The translations under genes and the position numbers were made by a program. DNA of 63,730 nucleotides, filler included, from Catajapyx aquilonaris (Eukaryota), in NCBI GenBank assembly GCA_000934665.2. It is 4 parts of 4 records of this genome, joined end to end, with 100 filler letters (N's around TTAATTAATTAA, not from the genome) between each part and the next. Parts side by side here need not be neighbours in the genome. Positions count along the whole stretch, not along the records: positions 1 to 15,876 come from KZ539677.1; 3 more parts are not named here. One strand, given 5' to 3'. The first letter of the stretch is position 1; each line of letters starts with the position of its first letter. The notes beneath the pieces were generated by a model. It did no database searches. It worked only from the letters and a program-made list of their open reading frames with translations, and was not told where the DNA came from. Below, in pieces: positions 1 to 10,179 of this stretch.

Positions 1-182
1 CGGTCTCCACAAACATCTAAAGCAAAGAAAATAGGGCTAATAACTTATAATAAAATTATCAAGTCAACAATATTCACATTGTTCAAAGTGTGCGGGATGC
101 TTTGCAGTAGGCCTAATAGGAAATGCAGCTGGTAGCTATTTATTTGTAGCATGCGGCCGTATCCAGAGGTTTATAAGCGGAA

Positions 183-2212
183 TTTAATGATGATGATGAT
201 GATGACGACGATGATGATGGATAAAAAACTGGAAATTCATAATAACGCACATATATTTCAATTTGTTGGGGAGGTGCGGTGGCCGTGATGGTAACGTCTC
301 GGCTTGCTGTGTGAAAGGCCCCAGGTTCGATCCCCGCCTGGGGAACTTTCCTTTTCACCTGCGTCAGGAGGGTCTCTAACCTGCACCAAGGAGGTGTCTG
401 GCAACCTAACCTCCTGGGGAACAGCACATGACCCATTAGCTACGACATTGCACCTTGCACCCATGTTCCCTCCCCAAAAATCCCCATCCTTTCCCATTGT
501 CCCTGTTTCCCTGCACTGGAGAATGAAGCAGAAAATATATACAGAAAACTGATGGTGGTATGCCACCCCCCTATAGCACCCATAAGGGTCATCACGGGGT
601 AAACTAAATAAAATAAAATTAAAAAAAAAAAACATTTGTCAAATATGCGGATGACAGGCGACGAAGAATTTGAATACAAGGTGTTGCAATTTGCACTCAA
701 AAATATATTGTTTTCAGCAATACAATTTTCACATCTTACAGGTGGTCCTATTTCTTAATAACATGGCCACGGAGTAGTAAGATGGAGGGGAAAGCTCCGT
801 AAGCCGCACGCCAGCTTCCTGGCATTTTTTGTGTCCGGGGCTTTTCAGTTCGCCGGACGGCCGCCAGTTGTCCCGACGGTCGATTGAGCCCTAGGATCTG
901 GTGATATGCGCGTGATTTGAATGGCGAAGCACTGCGTGAACCGCTGATTTTGGTGATTTGACGGAAATGGCTCATCCTGAGTTGGACATTTTTGATGTGG
1001 ATGACAACAGTAGTCATGCGCACATATTGCCCTGCCGGTCAAGTAGTGGTGACATTACGCATGGAGCATTACACTACTGGTCAAAAGTTGAGCATCACCC
1101 CCAAGGAGAGGTTTGTTTATTTCTAAAGCTTAAACGTACAGTATCATCAGTTCAAAAAGAATTGTCCCTGGGATTGACTGGGACAATTCTTTTTGGACTG
1201 ATGATACAAATTGAAAGTGTGAGGTACCGTTGAAAGCGCCGTGAATAACTCTACAAACCGAAAAAGGAACGGTCATTCTGGGTTCAACAGAGGCGCAGAT
1301 ATTGCCCATTTTGTTTAAAAAACCGTTCTCGAAAACCTACATTTTCACCTATTAATATTAATAAATGAAGGTAATCATCCCGAATTGATGCTTTATAATT
1401 TTATTTATGGCAAGAAGTAAACGCCGAACACAAAAAAATTACCACAAAAATTTTTAAAAACTTATCACTCGAACAGTAATTTTTTTAATTTTCGCCATTG
1501 AACCCAGAATGACCGTTCCTTTTTCGGTTTGTAGAGTTATTCACGGCGCTTTCAACGGTACCTCACACTTTCAATTTGTATCATCAGTCCAAAAAGAATT
1601 GTCCCGGTCAATCCCAGGGACAATTCTTTTTGAACTGATGATACTGTACGTTTAAGCTTTAGAAATAAACAAACCTCTCCTTGGGGGTGATGCTCAACTT
1701 TTGACCAGTAGTGTAATGCTCCGTGCGTAATGTCACCACTACTTGACCGGCAGGGCAATATGTGCGCATGACTACTGTTGTCATCCACATCAAAAATGTC
1801 CAACTCAGGATGAGCCATTTCCGTCAAATCACCAAAATCAGCGGTTCACGCAGTGCTTCGCCATTCAAATCACGCGCATATCACCAGATCCTAGGGCTCA
1901 ATCGATCGTCGGGACAACTGGCGGCCGTCCGGCGAACTGAAAAGCCCCGGACACAAAAAATGCCAGGAAGCTGAGGCAGGTTTCCCCTCCATCTTACTAC
2001 TCCGTGGCCATGTTATTAAGAAAAAGGACCATCTGTAAGATGTGAAGATTGTATTGCTGAAAACAATATATTTTTGAGTGCAAATTGCAACACCTTGTAT
2101 TCAAATTTTTCGTTGCCTGTCATCCGTATATTTGACAAATTGAAATATATGCGCGTTATTATGAATTTCCTGTTTTTTATCCATCATCATCATCTTCGTC
2201 ATCATCATTAAA
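183..2212. mobile_element. Large foldback / long-TIR non-autonomous element (arms ~183-1287 and ~1498-2212, ~210-bp spacer)
   Basis: The two arms are near-identical reverse complements, giving identical 91-aa ORFs at 958-1233(+) and 1552-1827(-). The ends read TTAA-(TGA)n ... (TCA)n-TTAA. The left arm is interrupted by a SINE. Confidence 0.85.
267..633 (+). mobile_element. tRNA-derived SINE family A, full-length copy
   Basis: A-box TGGCCGTGATGG, B-box GGTTCGATCC and an A-rich tail. ATTTGT is duplicated at 261-266 and 634-639. The copy is absent from the opposite arm of the host palindrome. Homologous copies at 38675, 42718 and 23047. Confidence 0.92.
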
Positions 2213-2339
2213 GGCAAGATAAGGCAATGCGACTTCTATTCACACAGCTGTCTGCCCCCCCTCCATCACCTGGAGCCCAAAATCTCCCCCGCCAGGTCAG
2301 CTGCGGCTGATTCCCTCTACCTCCCCAATCCCGCACCCG

Positions 2340-2720
2340 CACTAGATGAGCACATGATCAAGGTCAAAGTGGGAGGAGAGCATTCGAAGGCACTCACCCA
2401 ATTATCACCTGGCAACACTAAATAAGTGGCGGGAACAAATCTCGCGGACCACCCCCCATAACGGTATTTCCCCCTGCGACAATCTTTTTGCGTGTCATAG
2501 TACATGTGTCCAACGACACCCCAACACTTTGCGAAGTGTGTAATGCCAACTGGACATATTCTGAATTACGGCATCAGTCGCGAATAGCCCAATATTTCTG
2601 GGCACGTGCTGTAATTTTTCACGGGAGATTGCACTATGGCATGGGTCCATACATGTCAATTTTCATAGGGAACCATACCATAGTTAAATAGTTATTCAGG
2701 AATGCTTGGGTTTCGAGAGA
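2340..2720 (+). pseudogene. Possible decayed 3' end of an I/R1-group non-LTR retrotransposon ORF2
   Basis: NDTPTLCEVCN resembles the C-terminal zinc-knuckle region of I-group LINEs. It has stops and frameshifts, so support is weak. Confidence 0.3.
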
Positions 2721-4259
2721 ATCACTCTGTATTTAGAATATTAGTAAAAGTCTGTTCATTGGGTAATTGCCTGACACTGAATGCTAATGTTGTCCTCTTT
2801 CTCTTTGACAGAATGTACAGATGTGCTGCCAAAGCCTCAGTCGATGCGACCAGTATGCCAGCAAGCAGAGCAACTGATACCTCGGTTTGGGTCACCACGC
2901 TTCAAGCTTATTGCTTAAATGTCACAAAACTGGATACTACAGGGTGGTTCTGGAATTGACATTTTCATGGGCATCATTTGGTCAAGTCGCCTTCAAGAAT
3001 TCCACCAGAATGCACCTACCCATTTGTGCAGCCAAGAAGCTGTACTTCAGTGCCGTTTTCTGTCAAAAGTACTGCCCACATTCAACAACTTCAATCACAA
3101 AGCATGTGCCAGATTACGATGCAATTCCAGTGTACTGGTCTGCTATCCTCAGTGCTTGCCAAGTTAACTCAACAACAAAGAAGACACATCCTGGGATCTG
3201 GTTACGTTTTTATAAAACCAATGGATTTGCTTTTCAATCATCTGTCCACATACTGGAGGACTGAGTAGAAGAACTAGGAGGAGCAACATGGAGAAAGAGG
3301 CCTCTGGGACAACGGGGAAGGGAAGGGCTTCAATCCCCCAACCATCAAGAGATCCCTTGCGGGATGCTGGCGGGGACAACGTGAGGGGAGCGGTTGGGAA
3401 GAAGACCCAGGGGCCTAATCCACGCCTTCTCCTCGTTCAAGAATAGATGCAACAGACAGTTAGACCATCACCTGTAAATCTGCACCTACATCAACTGCCG
3501 CACAGCATCTCAATGGATCATCCACCAGTCCTCAAAGGGACAGTGGACAAGTCATGCGTCGCCATTCCGCAGTACCCCGTTGGCTGGCAATTAGGCTGTG
3601 GTACTGCATCCGCCTTTTGTGATACTGGGCTGACTTGTTGCCAAGTTGGTCAAATCCACTGACCCTTCATCATTTACAAAGTGGAGGTTCACACCCAAAT
3701 ATGATATTTATTTGTTTATTTATATTGTTAACCCCGTGATAGAGCAGTGCTCTCTTGGGGGGGGGACCACCACCCCATTCAGCAGAAAACTATATATGCT
3801 TAACAACATTCAGAAAAAAATTATGGGCACTCCCAAATATGACATTGTGTTGATGGTGTCAGTCCATGCATCAGCAGACAAAGAAAAAAAGAACTCGCAT
3901 GACTTCACACGGGCCTTGAGCTTTCATTTTACAGGTTTTATCCACACTTTCTGTGAGTTTCTTTCTTCCAGGCACCCGAATTTTTCTGGCTAGAAATCTC
4001 ACAAAGTTGCAAAAACCTACTCTTATCAATGCCAAATGGCAAACAGCTGCCCAGAAATTGAGGGGTTGGATCGAAAAACGTGACAACCCTCACAGGCACA
4101 CTTTTGAGAAAAATTCATTTTTGTAAGTTATATTTTTGCATACACGAATCACAGAATCCTCTCACAAATGTGAAATTCGGGGTGATGGTTTCTTCCTGTA
4201 AGGCGTATATATTATTACATTTTCATTTGGATTGCATGAGTTAGAAGGGATAAATAATG

Positions 4260-5173
4260 GAATGGCCCTCTGGAACAAAAGCCCAAGTCCAGTCCAAGAA
4301 ATGGGTGGGCACGAAGGAAATATTTTTTTGCTGGACATGCCAATGTGCCATTGGGATTTGACTTCGTGAAACAGGTCCGTAAAGGCCACCCGAATATTAT
4401 GGTGATTTTGCCGCATCGATACAACAATCAGGGGAACCGTATTATGCAATTTACTGATTTGGACTTGGGCCTTTGTTCCGTGGGGAATGAACTTGGGCTT
4501 TTGTTCCATAGGAACGTGGATTGCTGAAAACGAATTCTGTTCAGTGGCTGCTAATATTAAACATGGATTATTTAGCTGTTGCATTGAAAGTAGCTGCTAG
4601 TTTGAGTTTAATAGGTTTAATATTAATTAATATTAATTTTATAACAATTTATTTATATTAATATATTAATACATATAATATAGTAATTTATATTAATATT
4701 TGTATTAATTTATATTTATATTAATTTATATGAATCTTTATATTAATATTTATATTAATTTATATGAATCTTTATATTAATATTTATATTAATTTATATT
4801 AATATTTGTATTAATTTATATTAATATTTGTATTAATATTTATATTAATTTATCTTAATTTAACAATGTTTAATATTAGCAGCCACTGAACAGAATTCGT
4901 TTTCAGCAATCCACGTTCCTATGGAACAAAAGCCCAAGTTCATTCCCCACGGAACAAAGGCCCAAGTCCAAATCAGTAAATTGCATAATACGGTTCCCCT
5001 GATTGTTGTATCGATGCGGAAAAATCACCATATATTCGGGTGGCCTTTACGGACCTGTTTCACGAAGTCAAATCCCAATGGCTCATTGGCATGTCCAGCA
5101 AAAAAAAAAATATTTCCTTCGTGCCCACCCATTTCTTGGACTGGACTTGGGCTTTTGTTCCAGAGGGCCATTC
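4260..5173. mobile_element. MITE with ~300-bp TIRs and an AT-rich satellite core (candidate Sola1-type)
   Basis: TIRs GAATGGCCCTCTGGAACAAAAGCCCAAGT ... ACTTGGGCTTTTGTTCCAGAGGGCCATTC. Flanks are AATG and AATT (AWWT-like TSD). The centre (~4610-4865) is a degenerate TATTAAT-type tandem repeat. Confidence 0.8.
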
Positions 5174-5569
5174 AATTGTGGGATATCACATTCTTCCAGG
5201 AACACTTTATTTCCACAAGTGGGTTAACAAACCTTGCATGGCACATTGCAAGAATAATTGAGTGGTTGAGAACCAGACTAGGCCATCCCACATGTGCCTG
5301 ATTTTCAGAAACAATCAGGTAAAGTTGAGTGGGGAGAGAAAAATACATGGTACAACAGAACAAATTTCGATGATGCCCGTTTCATATGGATGTTTTATTA
5401 TGAAGTACAACATTAGAATGATTTTCATACCAGCAAACCCCCACCAATATTAACAATGTCACATACATAGACTACCCTGGCGCTACAATTTCACCACGGA
5501 ATGGGGCATAGCCAATGCAATAGCCTACTTTGGCCCTACATTGTTCACAACTGTCCAAGAATGCACCAT

Positions 5570-7550
5570 TAGTCTTCGTCATATTCATCCTCAGATGTAA
5601 CAGCAATACTGTCTGCTGTGGTTGCAGATGTCGACTTCAACTGGTGATAAAACTCATGGTGCACTGGAGGTATATGAAAGCCAGCAATTCCTTCAGCTTT
5701 GGTGCAGATATTGGATGCCCTTCCTGATACAGCACAGGCATTGCTATCTTGCCTATTTGGCTTGGTCGCCCTTGCCACGTTTTCGGATGTTTATGGTCTT
5801 CAAATGGAACGTTGTGGTTATGGGTGTATTTGTACTGAATTTCATACTCCTTGCCCTTTTCAAAACGGATTGCCCCACTGCTTGACACTTTGCGGTTGGT
5901 AATTACGGCCTGTAAGGAGGCAGTACTTCTAAGGTCATCCATTGACAACTTGGAAACAAGAAATGGGCTCGTCTTGCGTACTGCTGCAATTGCATCTGCC
6001 CAGTCGCTTGGAATGAACATCTGGTGCGAGAACTTCTTGCTTTTCTCTATCACCCCAAAGTCTTTGTCTGAATCCATGAAACTACGTCCACTGATGAAGA
6101 ACTTGTGATCCACCTTTTCGACCGGCAAGTCAGTGTTGTTAACAGCATGGAGCCAAAAGAGACACATCTTAATGTTGCGGTTTTGACCGCCACAGGCATC
6201 ACTATAAGCAATAATGTCTTGCCGTTCGCCTAAGTTGTATGTGTTTGAGTACACAGGAAGCAACTTCATTTGGGCCTCGGGAGCCTATACCCTCATGCCA
6301 GTGGTACATGAAACCCTTATTCAAACCTCCATCATGGACCCCCAGTACATATGGACACGACTGGAGCAGGCAACGTTTTCATCAGGTCGAATGAAAAGAC
6401 ACTTAGCTTGTGTGGTGCTTTCTTTGCCTTTCCCTTGTCCAGTTTGTACTGCTCCTGTGCTGCTTCTGCTCGTCGCAGACGTACGTCCTTCGTTGCCTGA
6501 AGACTTGCCACCTTCTTCTCGTCAAGCGGCATTGTTGCTTTTGCCGCTGCAATTGCTGCATGATTGTAGAGAGTCACACGTCCGACACGTGTCTTTGTGA
6601 GGCTGATGAAAGGAAATGTTGAACTTGTGCAGGAAAATGTCACGAAACATGAACAAACTCAACGGTGGATCTGAAAGTTCTGTGCACTTTTCAGTGTACA
6701 ACGCATACAGTTTGGTTAGATTCATTCCTGGTGCAAGGAAATTGCGGGAGCTGTGTTTTCTGGTGTAATGTGACGCATACACTGGAATACTTTCAATGAA
6801 CTGCTTCACCTTCTCAACGTCCTGGACGGGCCAAATTGGCCCTGTCACCCAATCTTTCCATTTACTGAGATCTGGTCCATTTGATGAATCTGTGGAAGTC
6901 TTATATTTATCATCATCAAACGATGGCTCTAAGAACATGTTATTTTCATCCATCAATGTCCTGGACTGAGCGTTCAATTGGTCAAACACCATAGAAAGTG
7001 AACTGATTCTATCAAGGTCCAATGCTGAAAAGGTTTGATGTGATGTGATCTCCATTGATGATGATTGCGGGATTATCCTGTTTGATAGAACAGCGCCATT
7101 TTCGGTCGACCCTGTAGTCAAGTCCATAATTGTGTTCTCTCTTAAGAGTATCAATGAACCCTTATAATAGGATTGGCACTCATATTTTTCGTCCACAATT
7201 ATCATGTTGGTGGGGTCAAATCTGACCAAGGAATCATCAATAGTTTTCGCAAACAAGCATTTATCATTGTCTGGTTTATTTAAGACTGTGAGGCATTTAA
7301 GAGGAGTCACTTCGCATAGTCGTTGTCTTAATGTCCCTGATGTTTTCTTACTGTACATTCTGTGAGTGTTATTGAACCAGGTTAACTCGAGACTCTTAAT
7401 ACCAGATGAATCGACAGAGCTTGAACCTTCAGTGATTTTGTTAACCATGATGATAGTTTGGTATATCAATTCTAGCATTTTCCCATCAACTTTGGCCATA
7501 TTCATGTAGACATAATTTTGTTGCTCCAAATATACCAAAAGGGTCCTCAT
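5570..7550 (-). pseudogene. Frameshifted Sola1-type DDE transposase
   Basis: Ordered motifs across three frames: SHYTR..LTKLYALY..FNISFHQPHKDTCRTCD; FDLMKTLPAP; WHEGIGSRGPNEVASC; YSDACGGQNRN; HKFFISGRSFMDSDKDFGVIEK. Confidence 0.8.
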
Positions 7551-8307
7551 ACTTCATTTAATTTTTGTCGAAACACCCCCGTCTCACTTACTGGAATTTT
7601 GAATGATGACAGGAAGCAGCCAGTTTCTTTCATTGAGATAAATGAGAGTACTTTCCCTTCCATGGAAGTCCAAAGATCCTGTTTGATGGATTGTTTATTG
7701 ACATCACACAGGCAACTGCTTTGATGTCAAGTTCACTCTGAACATAGAATCGTATGTGGGACAGACCACTGTTGCAACTGTGTCTTTCGACAAACTTGTA
7801 TGACAGGTCAACAAATCATCCATTTTATGATTTGTCACGTCCGTACCGTACTTCGGTACCGACACCTGGCTAGCTCATGGGTCCAAATACTTAGTTCAGT
7901 AAATGATACTCGGACTGGTGATAACAACAGCACGTCTATTGCTCTGAGGTTACAGCCAAGCAGGAGAGGAGCATAAGAGGAAGAGAGAGAGAGGCGCCAA
8001 GCAGCACCCCTGCTTNNNNNNNNNNNNNNNNNNNNNNNNNNNNNNNNNCCCCCCCACAATGACGTCAGGATTCAAGGGGGGACTCGGAGAGTGGGAGCAT
8101 GGGTTGGGGGTACAACTGGCACGTGCCTCACAGGGCGGGAAGGGGTTGGAAATATTATAACATCATATCAGGAACGAGGTTCCTGACAGATTACACTTGT
8201 CTTTATCCCAAGATGGATCTGGTATTTTGTCCCAAACAAATACTCCATGATCAGCTGTATAACAAAATGTTTGGTTATATAAGCAATGCCCGGAAAGCGG
8301 TATTAGT

Positions 8308-8577
8308 GGCTCCAGCGAAGTCGATGTCTGGAAGGTGGGCAGAACTGAGTTAGACAACTGAACGCTCTAGAAGCAACGCATGTGCTGCACTGCAAGCGGA
8401 AAATACACACAGGTATTTTGCATTGTTGCAATACTCACCCAGAAAGCTGGAAGATGCAGAGTTCAAGCTCCCAGGAGTGATCTCGACTGAGACAGTGCTT
8501 GGGGCTCCAGCGAAGTTCATGTCTGGAAGGTGGGCAGAACTGAGTTAGACAACTGAACGCTCTAGAAGCAATGCATG
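8308..8577. repeat. Two ~75-bp direct repeats
   Basis: GGCTCCAGCGAAGT..ATGTCTGGAAGGTGGGCAGAACTGAGTTAGACAACTGAACGCTCTAGAAGCAA occurs at ~8308 and ~8503. Confidence 0.85.
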
Positions 8578-8641
8578 CGACATGGAAGTACTAACCAGAA
8601 GCTGTGGTGGCCTGACTTGCTTCGGTTGGTACTGCGGCTCT

Positions 8642-8955
8642 GGGTACTGCGTCCCAATTCAACCTCTTTTTTGGGGGATTGGCAAACATTTTAGACTCTA
8701 AAGTGCTTCCTGCAAAGGCGGTACCCCTTGTAAAGTTTCTCAGCAGGTAGGCGTTGCAAGTCCATTCGCTGAGCAGCCCTCAACCACTGTAGTAATCTAA
8801 GAAATGATTTATTGATATACCGACCGGTGAGATATAATACCAAATGCAGTTTCTGTATTACGTGTCTTATACCTTTCGCTCTCCCTTGGCAGACGAAAAA
8901 AGGAAGGCCCATCTTCTGTAGGCTTGCTGTGGCAGTATCTGCTGCAACAAGTCAT
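8642..8955 (-). pseudogene. THAP zinc-finger domain, 2 exons, with premature stop
   Basis: Spliced across a GT-AG intron at 8797-8872: MTCCSRYCHSKPTEDGPSFFRLPRESER/LLQWLRAAQRMDLQRLPAEKLYKGYRLCRKHFRV*MFANPPKKRLNWDAVP. This has the C2CH ligands, conserved P/W/F residues and the AVP box. Confidence 0.8.
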
Positions 8956-10179
8956 ACCACTTTTCCATCGTGGCATTTTCGCGACTCAGTGAGCCAGTAT
9001 CCGGCCAGGATAACTACCCTTGCGCGTTGTTGCCGGCAGCTCCCCAGGGTAAAAACGTCCAATTTACGGAACACGAAATCCTTACCGGTCGGCCCTGGGC
9101 CACGCCAGACCCTATCCAGTATTTACAGGTTAGGCTCCAGCCTGGAAGACCGTGCTCAGAGCGACCATGCTGCTACTGGCTGCTACGAAACAGGAAACAT
9201 GCTTTGAATCTGTTTCCCTTCCTGATGGCGCTACCTACTTCCTTGGTGTTAATTGTAACTCATTTATCAGTTAACATTTATTATCATAATTATATGGCTA
9301 CCTATATCATTTAGTTATAATGTTCATTTATAATTATTCATTAGCGGGGGAGGAGACCGCTACTAGCGCCGCGCAGTGACAGGAGTTGACATCTTGTGAA
9401 ACTGTTAATCCCTTGAGTAAACTGGCTACTACTTGATAGGCTCTGGTAAGGACGTTTTTCAGGTATTCAGGAACTTCCTCCTTCAGCTCCTTTTCCACGG
9501 TGCCCCAAAACGATTCCCCGGTTTCCTTGGCGGTTTCCATATTTATGATGCATCAGCAAGGTTCTGTGTGGAGCGAGGTGTGGAGTGCCCTCCTCTGAAA
9601 CCAAATATATATACTGTAGTATGAAATGGAAGTTGAAGCAGGGCTCAAGAGCCAGCTCAAGCTGAGCTCAGCTATTTTTAAAAACAATTATGCAGAAGGC
9701 GTGGAACAAGCGTGATGGAACCTTTCGCAAGACTAATGTCAGAACAATCAGGGGATTAAAGATTATTTCATACTGAAAATTGCATTGTTGTATACATTGT
9801 ACGAGTTTGGGATCAATAGATAAACTCATAAAGCAAACAATATCTATAAATTAGACTTGATGTCCGGTCACGTTTCTGGATCGCCATGACAGCATGTTGA
9901 CAACGACCAGCACTGGCAGGTTGCTTCGGGTTTTTACCTGTTTACGGGTGGCATACTTTCCTAGCAATTGCCTAGCGGGAATACAGGGGAATTACGTAAT
10001 TCCAGAAACTCGGTCCGGAACAATGGTTCGTAATCATCACCTTTATTATATCCAGGCTAATGTATGTTACGTTATGTTTGGGGCGGTTTGGGAAGGAGTC
10101 CCTTTTCAATCCTGGCAAGTCTGGTGAAATTATGGAAACTAGAATCAAGCGAGAAACATTACTCACCTTGCTAATCAGG

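Noticed and set aside
268..345. tRNA gene
   Set aside because: A and B boxes are present but there is no proper acceptor stem. It continues into a SINE body with a tail and TSD.
958..1827. Identical 91-aa ORFs on opposite strands as a duplicated gene
   Set aside because: They start at TTG, have no recognisable domain and simply reflect the two arms of the palindrome.
7833..8162. Solo LTR (TGTCAC...AACA)
   Set aside because: There is no matching TSD, and an N gap interrupts it.
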